From assembly GCF_018977255.1 (NCBI RefSeq), contig NW_024704743.1, forward strand, positions 77,502,001-77,566,000: a stretch of DNA of 64,000 nt. The letters are read 5' to 3'. Under the pieces are notes generated by a model. The model was not told the DNA's origin and ran no database searches. It saw only the letters and a list, made by a program, of their open reading frames with translations. This DNA comes from Callorhinchus milii (taxonomy: Eukaryota). The position numbers and the translations under genes are program-made. Below, piece after piece: positions 1 to 11,758 of the stretch. Numbering within the stretch: position 1 is the stretch's first letter; each line of letters begins with the position of its first letter.

Positions 1-744
1 AACCAAATCTGACACTATTAAATACCTGTTAAAATATCTGTTAAAATTAACAACTGACACAAGAGGTTATGTAATATCTCATGTACTAGCCTGTAGTAAT
101 TAAGGATGAATAAGAACTGATTTGCAGTTCTCTTGAGTCAGAAGTAACCGCAAACTATTTGGTTTCCGGTCAGAAAATAGGATTGCCAAGAGATCAGAAT
201 CTCGTGTAATTGTTTCTGGTATAAACTATCCCACTGAGTCCTTTAAAGAATCGTCTGACAACCAATGGAATAAGAATGATTTTAATGATCATCTTGCACA
301 CTTGACCTAAATTTAGATTGATCTAATTGCTTCACTACTAATATATTTCAGTGCAAAAGGTGCTTGCCAAAAATCTTGCTTCCATATAAGAGTGATGTTA
401 TTCACCAGAAGAAGCATCTAACTCTAAAGATTCACAGGCTTAATGTAGCCTTAATTCAAGTAAGGCCTTACTTAATTCAAATACCCTTCAATACTATTTT
501 ATGGCTATGACTGTTTAAACTTTATTATCAACTTAAAAGTTTTTTTTACAAGCGTCTTAATCATTCTCCTTCCAAATGAATTTCAGAGAACGCAAACCAG
601 GCTGGAATAAAATTAGAAATGTCACATTGTCAAACACAGTTACTACACGTTACAGAAAACTCTGAAAAGCACTTTGAGACATTTTGACCTGATGAGGCAC
701 AAGGATTATTATTATTTAGAAATCCTGATCAATCACTATTTCAA

Positions 745-790
745 AAAGAACAGATTAACCTTTCATACCGACCCTTCGTCAGAGCTGAAA
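745..790 (-). mobile_element. Possible decayed Penelope-like element terminus with hammerhead core motifs
   Basis: Minus strand reads TTTCAGCT-CTGACGA-AGGGTCGGTAT-GAAA-GGTTAATCTGTTC, resembling the ctgacgaagggtc...gaaacgttaactctg terminus I recall from fish/shark Penelope-like elements. Confidence 0.4.
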
Positions 791-1466
791 TGCTCCCCAC
801 GTGAAGGGCTTTATATAAATGCAAGTTGTTGTTGATGTTGAACGTAGGGTGTGATTTGAAGATATTTAACTGGTGCTCAAGGTGATTGAGATAGGTAAAA
901 CAGTTGTGCTTGAAAGAAATCCTGAGTCCAGGAAACTGAAGCCCCGCTTGCAAAATTGTTGCTATGCTCCAACTCAGTGACACAGGTGAATTAGCAAAGG
1001 ATGTCAGCCAGAAAGGTTTAAGAATAGGAGCTGTACTAGTAGGATTTCATGAGGGGAGCAATGATTAGGCATGTAGATCGGATGGAGAGCTGCCTTTAAC
1101 TTGATTTACTTGAACTGAAGCCACTTTTAACTCAATTTGCTGGAAACAGGAGCTGTTCCCATCTCCGAAGGGATTCCTCTGCTATACAGCATCCCATGTC
1201 CAATCAAAAAAATGGATAGAGTGAAGAAATTCCCATTACAGGCTGCTGTTCTCTGCAATGTCTGCGCTGCTGGGCACTTGGGGATTGGAGTAAAAGAAGT
1301 TAAATGGGTGGAATGGGAATGAGCCATAAAATGTAATAGACTCGCTTGTTACTAACCATTTTCCTTATTCTTTGTGTGCAAACAAAATAAACAGAGAAAA
1401 AACAAACAAAAAACACAGATAGAAGTACCATTGCCATTTGAATCTTTTAAACATTGTATTATTATT

Positions 1467-1547
1467 GTACATCTCCATGCATTTAATAATCCAGCTATGA
1501 GGAACACTGTCAAATGCTTTCTTGTAATCAATGCATGCCATACTCAA
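1467..1547 (-). mobile_element. Non-LTR retrotransposon RT fragment, R4/Dong-like
   Basis: Encodes LSMACIDYKKAFDSVPHSWIIKCMEMY, an RT motif-3 region (D-x-x-K-A-F-D-S-V). The SMAxIDY...VPHSWI context fits the R4/Dong clade best. Confidence 0.7.
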
Positions 1548-2159
1548 TCTGCATTATTATTATGATAATATGTAAAACTGACCCAAACCGCAGTGCTTAA
1601 ACATTTGTATTTAGGTAACTTCTCTCTATTTGAAGATCATTCTGAATATTATCGCTTTTAGACACAATGACTTAAATAAAATGTTGTGGCTGTTGTAACC
1701 TCTGTAGGATGAGGTTCTTCATAAGAGTTACTTAATCACCCTGGCAGTCATAAGCACCTATCATGTCCCAAACTAGATACCGTATCCTAAGATATTATTT
1801 CCTAAGAAAAATCTATCTAACTTGCTTTTGAAAGAAAAGCTTCCACATTGGGTTAAAACATATCCTCTAATCACATTATTTCGAACCAATCTGGGGTGAT
1901 GTTTTGACTCTGGACAATCTGTTCCACATAGTTAGTAGTGTAGAAAATCCAACAGTATGTAACAGAACATATTGCATGTGTCCGGTAACCCTGCCAACCG
2001 TAAGTATGCAAATTGTAACTACGTGCAATGGTGTCATGAAATACTTCCCACCCAAGTCTGATTCAGAAACAGTCAATTAAATATTCACTGCAAACAGAAA
2101 AATACAGAAAATGAATCTGTAGCTTTCTAGAGCTTTTTAAATGCTTCAAAGAATATTAA

Positions 2160-2690
2160 TAATAAATAATCTTTGCATTTGATATCCCGATTTTGATATC
2201 GGGATGACGTCTCAAAGTGCTTCACAGTATTTACTAAGTAGTACATTGACTGTGAATATGGCCCTTTTGAAAAGAAAAGGGAGTTTCTCACTGTGTCCTG
2301 GTCAACAAATCATCCAAATTAAATTGATCAGCACTCCATGACGGTTTGTGGGACATTGCTGTGCATAAACTGGCTGCTATGTTTCACCCACAAAATACAG
2401 TCAAACCACTTTACAGTTAAATCCTGTGAATCGCTTTGAGATGGCTCGACAATGCAATCAGGCGCGATATCCAATGAAGGATTATTATTAATATTTGTAG
2501 ACGAATATGGCAGCCAATTTAGGCACAATAATGTGCTACAAACAGTCATGAAGTGAATAACCATTTTTACTTGGGGGATTGTTACCCTGGACACTGAGAG
2601 AATCTACACTATGAGCTCAAAGTCCCAATGTGGAGCTTCAACCCACAACCTTGAAAACTCAGAAATGGAGTGCTACCAACTAAGCCATGT
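2160..2690. mobile_element. Cluster of old Deu-domain SINE fragments in both orientations
   Basis: Minus-strand tail at ~2160-2235, plus-strand 3' half at ~2270-2490 (gtttgtgggacattgctgtgcataaactggctg...ggattattatt), and minus-strand 5' part at ~2490-2690. Confidence 0.7.
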
Positions 2691-2845
2691 TCAGTTAAAA
2701 GTCTGTTAATGCAATTAACACTTATCCTGTTATTTTTCTTTATTTATCATTTTAATAGCAGGAATAAGTATATTATATAAATAACAATAAATATATCTAA
2801 TTTGTTTGATTTTCAAACCTTTTTGTTTTATTTATAATTTTCCAG

Positions 2846-3070
2846 ATCCGATTCTTTTCCTGAGACAGCCCTGAAAGATCACAGAAGAGTCAATGTGCGC
2901 TGCCGTTTTGTAGGTTGGATGTTCCTCGAGGAGCTTGGGCTCTCACAGTGGCATTCATCAGAGTTCTGGCTCATTATGCTACTTATTGCATTGATCTGGT
3001 TCGTGAGGCTATACCTGCATTACTACAGCCAATACCTCTTCCTGCAAGCAATTGGTGTCCCCGTCAACAA
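2846..3070 (+). CDS. OFCC1: OFCC1/ojoplano internal coding exon (first exon seen in window)
   Basis: Acceptor ttttccag at 2845, donor gtaggc at 3071; 225 nt, phase 2 to phase 2. Reads SDSFPETALKDHRRVNVRCRFVGWMFLEELGLSQWHSSEFWLIMLLIALIWFVRLYLHYYSQYLFLQAIGVPVN(K) with one hydrophobic helix and joins in frame to the next exon. Gene identity is from recalled OFCC1/Opo sequence, not a search. Confidence 0.88.
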
Positions 3071-3566
3071 GTAGGCTCGCTGGTCTTGACATTTATGTAT
3101 GAGATGCTGGAAATCAAACTTTTGGTTCTTTAGTAACTAGTTTATTGCTCTTTTGTGAGGAATCGGAATAACATGACAAATTAGTCAGTGTGAAGAAATG
3201 ACACAGGGAATTAGTTTTGTGTATTTATTATTACCACTGAACCTAAAGAATTTATCTTGAGAACTCATTTATTTATTTTAGAAACTCAGTGAACAATCTA
3301 CCTGAATGCAATGGTTAGGTTGAGTTAGGAAGCAAACTGCCAAAAGGATTACAAACTCGCCTCTCAATTACTGGTGCCATGAGGTGATGTTATCTAATTG
3401 ATGTCAAGTTGTCAATTGTATGTAATGTACATAATTTCCACTTTGAAATGTGCTTTGCTCTTATTATTTAGTGCACTCTCCTCCCCTAGCCAGTTTCCTG
3501 AATGCACTGTTCGGACCTGAAGATAACTATTTAAAAAGAAAGCTTCCTTCGCGAGAAAATCATATT

Positions 3567-3889
3567 ATAATAATCCTAAATAATCCTTGCATTTGATATA
3601 GCGCTTTTCATGTCGGGAGGACGTCCCAAAGCGCTTCACAAGAATATACTGTAAAGTGAATTGACTGTATATTTGTGGGCGAACGCGGCAGCCAATTGCG
3701 CACAGCAATGTCCCACAAACAGTCGTAGATTGAAAATGACCAATTTATTATTGTTTCGGTTTTGGAGGGATTATTATTAGGCGTGTGGAGTAAGGAAACT
3801 TGCCCAAGGTTTCGCCCTCTGCCTGGAATTGAACTCAGGTCTCTCACTTGCAAAGCGAGTGCTCTAACCACTGAGCTACAGGACTCCAC
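3567..3889 (-). mobile_element. Young tRNA-Ala-derived SINE, full length (copy 1)
   Basis: Head GTGGAGTCCTGTAGCTCAGTGGTTAGAGCAC with Pol III A box and B box (GAGTTCAATTCC), (ATT)n tail; near-identical to four other copies in the window. Confidence 0.95.
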
Positions 3890-4530
3890 ATATTTCCATT
3901 CGTTTGCAAACCCATGACAGGATTAGGTAAATCCCATCGAAATGCATTGCCACATTTCGCCCTCCCGAAAAATCCTCACAAAAAGGTGACTTGTGAAACC
4001 CTTTTGTCATGTGGGTGTAGATGTACCTGTTAAAAATTCCTAGTAATATTTCATATGAAATATTATTTCATATATATATAATTTTATATATACGAAATAA
4101 AAGGGAAATATTTGAATGTTTGGAAATCTAAAATTAAACAATTCCAGGAATCTGTGGCTAATGTACCCAGAATGTACGTTTGGATGAAAAGTCATTTCTG
4201 CAACATTAAAACTTATATTTTTTATATATCAGAGGCTGATTGGCTTGCTGCAGATTTCCAGCATTGCAGTTTTTGTTTCAAAGAGTTTCACATGTCCATA
4301 TTGGCTTTAATGAAAGGTTGTTATCAGTAAATAAGAAGTGTAAAGCATTGCAAAGTACTGAGCAATTGGTAATACGTTTTCTCATACTTATTGGTCTATT
4401 TTTATTTTCATAAAAAATTATATTCCAGGTACACAAGCTATGACATCTGGAAATTCTATTTTTATTTCAGATTTCCAACATTCGCCCATTTACTTTTTCT
4501 TTCAAGTATACCCCTGTGCTATCGGAATTA

Positions 4531-4815
4531 GTGTCAGTTTGGCTCAGTTGGTGGTCCTCCAAGCTTTGGGAGAGAAGGTTGTTGGGAGTCCTGTAGCTCC
4601 TCCCCACTCTTTTCAAATACTGCCATGGGATCTTTAATGCCCACCTGAACAGGCAGACGGTTTCTCAGTTTAATGTGTTTTCTGAGAGATGTTATCTCCA
4701 ACAATGCAACCCCTTCCCCACCCCCTACAGCACTGCACTTTGTCAACCTAGACTGTGAGTTCCAAATCTTGACTTGGGGCTTGAACGAGAATCGAGAGTG
4801 CTCCCAACTGAGCTC
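4531..4815. mobile_element. Old Deu-domain SINE fragments (plus-strand head, then minus-strand body)
   Basis: gtgtcagtttggctcagttgg...gaaggttgttggg head, followed by tgccatgggatctttaatgcccacctgaacaggcagacgg (reverse complement of the Deu domain). Confidence 0.7.
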
Positions 4816-5073
4816 CCAACATCATCAATTTGCATTTAATTAATGCATTTATTTGCGAGTCCAATCCAGTAAAATGGAACAATTTCAATACTGGAAATTA
4901 GAATTTAAAGTCTCTGTTATATAATTATTGGGGAAGATACTGGAGAATAGAGCAGCCTACCTGGTCTGAAAAAGAATACTGCTTCAATGCTTAGATTTGC
5001 ATCTGCCCTATGTCTTATGTCTTGTACAGTTTTTTGTTCTGAGTCTCCATCTCAGTCTTTGATGGAATTCACC

Positions 5074-5392
5074 GTGGAGTCCTGTAGCTCAGTGGTTAGA
5101 GCACTCGCTTTGCAAGCGAGAGACCTGACTTCAATTCCAGGCAGGGCAAAACCTTGGGCAAGTTTCCTTACTCCACACAGAGCCTAATAATAATCCCTCT
5201 AAAACCAAAAACAATAATAAATTGGTCATTTTCAATCTACGACTGTTTGTGGGACATTGCTGTGCGCAATTGGCTGCTGCGTTCGTCCACAAATATACAA
5301 TCAATTCACTTTACAGTGTGTTCTGTGAAGCGCTTTGGGACGTCCTCCCGACATGAAAAGCGCTATATAAAATGCAAGGATTATTATTATTA
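5074..5392 (+). mobile_element. Young tRNA-Ala-derived SINE, full length (copy 2)
   Basis: Same head, body and ATT tail as copy 1; immediately followed by old Deu-SINE body at ~5393-5533. Confidence 0.95.
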
Positions 5393-5536
5393 CTTGAGTA
5401 CCCGCTAAAGGCTGGCACTGCAGTGCAATACTGGGGAGTGCCGGATTTGTTAAAATGTCCTCATTTGGCGCTGAAAACCAATGTCTTATATGCCTGTTCT
5501 TCAAGTGAATGTTAAAGACCTGTGACACTGTTCAAA

Positions 5537-5956
5537 AACAACAACAACATGATTGCATTTATAGAGCGCCTTTCACGTCGGGAGGACGTCCTGAGGCACT
5601 GGACAGTTCGGTCGGGACCTGAGCAGCGGGGAAATGGTCAGGGTGAGGGGAGGGAAGGGTAAAGAGTCAAGAGGGGAGCTGAAGGCACAGTTGAAGAGAA
5701 AGGTCTTGAGACCGGTCTTGAAGGAGGAAAGGGAGGAAGCAAGGTAAAGGCACTGGGAGATGGAGTTCCAGAGCCTAAGGCTGAGAGGCTGAAAGCCCGG
5801 CCACCGATGAGAGGGCGGTTAGGGCGGGGGACGTGGAGCAGACCGGAGCCAGAGGAACGGAGGGTACGGGCAGGTACTTGGGGGGATAGTAGGTCGGAGA
5901 TGTAGGAGGGTGCAAGGCCGTGAATGGGCTTGTAGGTGAGGATGAGGATCTTGAAT
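5537..5956 (-). mobile_element. L2-clade LINE, 5'-truncated 3' end
   Basis: ORF2 C-terminus FKILILTYKPIHGLAPSYISDLL...RTLRSS, 3' stem-loop and (GTT)n tail. Confidence 0.9.
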
Positions 5957-6244
5957 TCGAAAAAAGGGAAGAGTTTCATCTGATGTTCTAGCCAGCCATG
6001 CTCTAGATAAATTGGAAATGGCTGCCATATTTAACTAAAAAAAAGTCCATACATCTGTGACGTGCTGTAGGGGTTTTTGACATAAGGCACTATTAATTGC
6101 AAGTTCCTTGCTATTTTACACTGATGGTTAAGAAAAGTGATCTTTTTTCTAAGCCTTCATAATTGAAAATATATTCTATAAAATGAATATATTGAAAATA
6201 TCAATAATTTCAGTGATCAGACCCTGATTTAAAAGCACCAGTGA

Positions 6245-6625
6245 CAACAACAACAAATTGTATTTATGTAGCCCCTTTCACATCAGGACTTCCGAAGGGT
6301 TTGGACTCGAGCTGGGGGTTGGGTACAGGAGAGTGGGAGCCCAGGAGATGAGAGTAGGTTGGGGGTAGCTAACCGAAGGCACGGTCAAAGAGGAAGTTCT
6401 TGAGACTGACCTTGCAGGAGGTGAGGTGAAGGGACACCGGGATGGAGTTACAGAGAGTGGGGGCAGATAGGATGAAAGCCCAACCAGCAAAGATAGGGCA
6501 GGCAGGGCGGGGGATGTGAAGCAGGCCAGTGGCTCCCAAGGAGAGGGAATGGGCGGGTTGGTAGGATTTAAGGTCGTAGAAGTAGGATGGGACAAAACCA
6601 TTGAGGGATTTAAATCATGTGAATA
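6245..6625 (-). mobile_element. Degraded L2 LINE 3' end
   Basis: (GTT)n tail and purine-rich plus strand alignable by eye to the 5537-5956 copy. Confidence 0.75.
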
Positions 6626-7553
6626 AAAGGTACTGGTGATCACGATTAGTAGATTAGTAAACAAGTGGACTTTACTGTGTTAAACACTGTACAAGTGGCT
6701 CCGATTGTTGGTTTTACCCCAGCAACATGTATTCAATTTTGAATTGTGAATAATCTAACATTTAAATATTGTTTCTGCTGAGGTCTATGTATAATCATCA
6801 TTTTTCTAATGATAATAGCATACATCATATTTAAATTTAGTCATCAATTTTTACCCACAAAATATATAGTCAATTCACTTTACAGTATATTCCGTGAAGT
6901 TTTTTGAAATGTCTCAACGACATGATAAGGCACTATATCAAGTACAAGAATTATTATAATTTGATTGAGACGTTATGCCAAATGAAGGAGGAAAGGTGAC
7001 CCTGAGTGTTTCCAAAACATTTTGTAGCCAACCCACAATATATGTATTCAGGTTTGATTCTATTTTCCATCAGACATTTATTCAAATGATGTTTTGTAAC
7101 TGCCTTCCAGGCTGAGTGTCAGAATATTCATGCCAACTCGCCCGTTGACTTTCCTCTCCCTTAACATTCAGAAGTTTGTTGGCCTGTGTTCAGCATTGTC
7201 TCTCATGAACCTACCTGACATTAAGAACTTGTTAGATTTCGAATCAAAGGCATCCACCCATGTTTCTATTTGTTCATTTAGTGCATACACATGCCATTCC
7301 AACTCCATTCCATCATTGAAATATTGCTCGGCAAACATTTTCACTAATGATCAACTATCAATAGACTTCACGTGGCCTTACAGCTATAATAATGTCCAAT
7401 TTGATAAATAGAGAGATATGTTGGGCTGAATGGTCTGCTTCTGTCCTGTAATATTCTGTGATACTATCCAAATGCCCTTTGATGATTTGAATGTTAAAGG
7501 TTCAATAGCTTTTATAAGTCAAATAATTAAAACATAATTTTTTTAAATTTAAG

Positions 7554-7806
7554 GTTCCAATTCTATCCACACACGGTTGAACTTAGCTACCAGAATTCTC
7601 TGCTGCACACCCGTGAGGAGCTGACCGTTGTAGTGATGGGACCTCTGACCTTGAATGTAGCTATGCTTATTATGGTCATGATCAGATGGGTCTGTCGTGT
7701 ACTATTTGGATCATTTCCTTGCTTCTTGTCAAAGTTTATCATGGCTATGGGACTTTGGACAATGCTTGACCCTCTGGCAATATTTATAGTGGATGGCATC
7801 CTCGGG
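7554..7806 (+). CDS. OFCC1: OFCC1/ojoplano internal coding exon
   Basis: Acceptor tttaag at 7553, donor gtaagt at 7807; 253 nt, phase 2 to 0. Reads FQFYPHTVELSYQNSLLHTREELTVVVMGPLTLNVAMLIMVMIRWVCRVLFGSFPCFLSKFIMAMGLWTMLDPLAIFIVDGILG (two hydrophobic helices). Overlaps ORF 7633..7824. Confidence 0.9.
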
Positions 7807-10800
7807 GTAAGTCAGTTAAAATAACTTGTGCATGCAGACTTTAAATAGATTTTACTGTACCCCGGGAAAGGATGATACACTTTTGAAAATGTGTATTACT
7901 GTGCTGGAACATCCCATTGCAGATTATTTGTACCTTGCTTGGAGATAGCAAGTCATGTGGCTAATAGTAAATAGTTTACTGTTAGCTGTGGGTTGTACTC
8001 TTTTGCTAAAAAATACAGTGTGCTGTTTAGGTATTTATAGCAAAATCTTGCAAATGTAATGTTGTTTGGTTAATAACAGAAATGTATCAAGAATGAGTCC
8101 AAAAGATTGCATTTTGGAATCTCTGAATCCAAATATAAGGTTAGAATATCAAATGCCTATACATACGTGTAGAGAAAGATCCCAGACTCTTCCCTAACTC
8201 CCCGGGTAACTCCCTGAGAGGTTGAACTTCTACTCACATCCACCTTGGAGGCACTCCCATCTTCCCTCTCCATCCCCCAGCTGTCAGTCTTGGATAAAGA
8301 TTACCCATAAATGCCAGGGATTAATCTATAACTCTCTCTAACCCACAGCACTGAGCCTGGGCTGTGGACCCACTGCTTGACATCAGGTGTCAATAATATA
8401 GGAATTACTTAAAAGCTGACCTACTACCACCGCAATGCATTTACTACTATCTGCTTCCCCTTCCATCTTCCACCTCATGAAACCACCAAGGATTAGATCA
8501 GGGCAATGTTAATCCAAGTGGAGAGATGTCAAACGTCTTTCTGAATAATTATTTTAATTATTCAGAAAGTGCCAATTTCAGACTGTTGCGAGTTTATTCC
8601 TTGGGTTTAGCAATGCAATCCGTTTGCCCTCCTACATTCGGCATCCAACAAGTTAAATTGGTGTTAGAGAGTTTGAAATACCAGGTTAATACCTGGAGTG
8701 TAATCATGTTATAATTTAGATAAGATTTAATGTCTATCACCAACTTTGCACTGTCCTATGAGTCAATACTTTGATGCTGTTCCTGTTGTGCAATGGCCTA
8801 TCCATGCTACACTATTGACTATGGTAATATGACTAACTATAGTAGTGTAATCTGAAGAAAAGCTTTACTGTAACAATTGATGGCCAGCTCTTTTGTTTAT
8901 TTCTCCACTGTGGACCATTAATTGTTTTATATTTTTAATTCGAATAAGAATACTTGCTTATTTCAGAGTTTGAGCTAGTTGAAAGAGAAAACCCTTGAGG
9001 GCATTTTAGACTAAAAGGAGTTATGGCATAAAAAAACCAATACAAGCCACAGAATAGCTGCCAAAATAATCATGTAATGTAGAATAAGAGCAGGAAATAA
9101 AAATTAAAATTACATGTAGTTTGATTCAAAGGACATTTTTATATAAAATCATTACGGATGAGTTCTGTCTGACAAAAGCAAAAATGATACATTCTGACGT
9201 TTGCCATTTGGCTGATGGTATGTCTGGAAAATTGTTATTTTTCTTGTCTGACTATATTTCTTTTTGAAACAAATTCAGTATTAATAGTATATGAGGTGTC
9301 TGGCACATAAAAGCCCATCAGTTTGAAACGGAATTACCTGCTGTAAAATGAAGTCCAATATATTATTAGGAGTGGTTACAAGGCAGCTCATCTCACTGGG
9401 AGTGGTTGCAGGTCTGATTTTTTATATTAATAGACATAAAGTCAAGATTAGATTTCAAATCACTCTGCGGTATCTGTGTTTTTAAAATCACAAGATCACC
9501 TGAGAGGTTTGGATGAAGAAGGCCCTTTGATCCATTGTTCCAGAACCCACTTTGCGTCGTCCCCTCACAGCATCAAATCCCAGTGCGACTACATGGAAGA
9601 AGAGGAGGCAGGCAATCAGGAGACACAAAACTAGAAAATAATTGGACAAACTTAAATATAAAAAAAATTAATGACAACCTGAATGGGTTACCAGGAAGGA
9701 TAGGTGAGGTCTGGACACTGGCTTTATTCAATAACCAGCTTTCAGCCACAGGATGATGACTGCACTAAATTGATGCTATTTAATTGAGAACCTGATGTTT
9801 TAAAAAGTAATAAGGAATGAGAAATTCCTCGCCACCAATTGTAGCGATTTTAAGAATGTGGGATTTGTAATGGAAATCCTACTATACATACAGAGTACGT
9901 TCATTGTTGCATTAGTTGTAAGACAAGCCATGTGTAAAGTCACTACACTTAACAACGAGAGATTAGCCCTTGATGATAGATTTCCTTTATTTTGAAGCAA
10001 TGTTTGTTTATTTTATGACCCCGTCCACTACGCCAATCACCATTCTGGGTGTGTGTGGGGAGGGGTGGGGGGTGGAGGGTGGGTGACCTTCCCGAATTTC
10101 CTCCCTCAATGTTGTCAGGTATGGTTGCAACTGGAGACTGGTCCTTGGTAGAACCGTGGATGCAAACTTGAATTCCACCACTTTACAATGTAAACACATC
10201 AGTCCACTGATCTCTGTGCCATTCCAATAGTCCAATAAGTAGTCTTAATGAAAGATCATCTGTCTCCGGTGCCCTGCCTCTCTCCCCTCCCCCCAACATC
10301 AGGCATAACTAGAGATGAATTGTTCAGATTTAAACGTACATTAAAGACTGTTGCTCTATAAAGGCCACTGATATTCACCCCAAAGGTTTTGCTGTACATG
10401 TTTCCAGCAAGAAAATGATTTGCTGATACTGAACATTGTCAGGTAGAATTACAGATAGAAGCAGCCGCATAGAACAGCTGTTCTTTCCACGTACAGTGGT
10501 GCCTGTTATTGTCACTTCCAGGTAAATAGGCAGACAAGTAACAGTAAGCACAGAGTGAAAGTAAGGGAGCTGCATTCCAATGGAATGGCATTTTATTTTC
10601 TTAGGAGCAAACATTTCAGGTGAATTGACTTGCACCCCAGCCACTGAGCAGCAGAAAAACCCTGCGATTGGTTTTGTATGAGGATTGAAGATTGTGCTTA
10701 AGAAATTAACTATACGTCAATCTTCACATAGACATTCTGTGTAAAAAGAAGGAATAGCTGGGAATTGACTGTAAAAAAATAATCCTATCAGTGATTTAAT

Positions 10801-10899
10801 TAAAATAGTTTCGATTTTAGTGAAAATAACAAAAATAAAAGATGGAGATAAGGAAAGAATTCTGTAGACATTTTATAACAAATCATAAATGCAATATAC

Positions 10900-11120
10900 T
10901 TTTTATACTTGACCTCTAACTCCCTTCCTCTAATCTTCTGTCTCATACCATCTATATCTGCCTAAATCCTACATAATAACTTACCTCTTTGCATGTACCT
11001 ACGGTCACCTCCATCTCTCTCCTTCCCACTCCCCACTCTCTTGCTGTCCAACCCTGTCTTTGTGAATCACTTTGAGATGTTTTCCTTTATGAAAGGTGCT
11101 ATATAAAGGCAAGTTGCTGC
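10900..11120 (+). mobile_element. Degraded L2 LINE 3' end
   Basis: ...cctacggtcacctcc...tgtgaatcactttgagatg...tgaaaggtgctatataaaggcaagttg, an L2-type tail. Confidence 0.6.
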
Positions 11121-11438
11121 ATTTGTCTTATTAATTTAATTTCATGCAGAGTTTTAATGCAAAATATTTGACATGAAGATATTTTGGCATAAACAGGGGA
11201 AAGGTGATGAAGCAAGAAGAACTATTAATTTTAAGGCCAAAACAAATTTATATATTCATATTACTAATGCCTAAAAAATATTGCAAATCACATCTTATAA
11301 TAATAAATAATAATCATTTTGGCATTTGATATAGCATCTTTCACATTGGACAGATTCACAGGATTTATGTAATTTGTGTGTATTTTGTAAATATTTAATT
11401 AACTTCCAGATAGTCCTTATATTTTTAAACTTGGTGCT

Positions 11439-11758
11439 TGGAGTCCTGTAGCTCAGTGGTTAGAGCACTCGCTTTGCAAGCGAGAGACCTGAGTTCAATT
11501 CCAGGGCGAAACCTTGGGCAAGTTTCCTTACTCCACACGCCTAATAATAATCCCTCCAGAAAAACAAAAACAATAATAAATTGGTCATTTTCAATCCACG
11601 ACTGTTTGTGGGACATTGCTGTGTGCAATTGGCTGCCGCGTTCGCCCACAAATATACAGTCAATTCCATTTTACAGTGTGTTCTGTGAAGCACTTTGGGA
11701 CATTCTCCCGACGTGAAAAGCGCTATATCAAATGCAAGGATTATTATTATTATTATTA
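11439..11758 (+). mobile_element. Young tRNA-Ala-derived SINE, full length (copy 3)
   Basis: Near-identical to the other copies, with a small deletion after the B box and an (ATT)n tail. Confidence 0.95.

Noticed and set aside
2915..3133. 72-aa ORF over the first exon
   Set aside because: Wrong frame; the spliced frame is the one continuous with the next exon.
4044..4065. 22-bp perfect palindrome TAATATTTCATATGAAATATTA (and an 18-bp one at 14148-14165)
   Set aside because: Very AT-rich; plausible by chance or slippage in 64 kb, with no associated structure.
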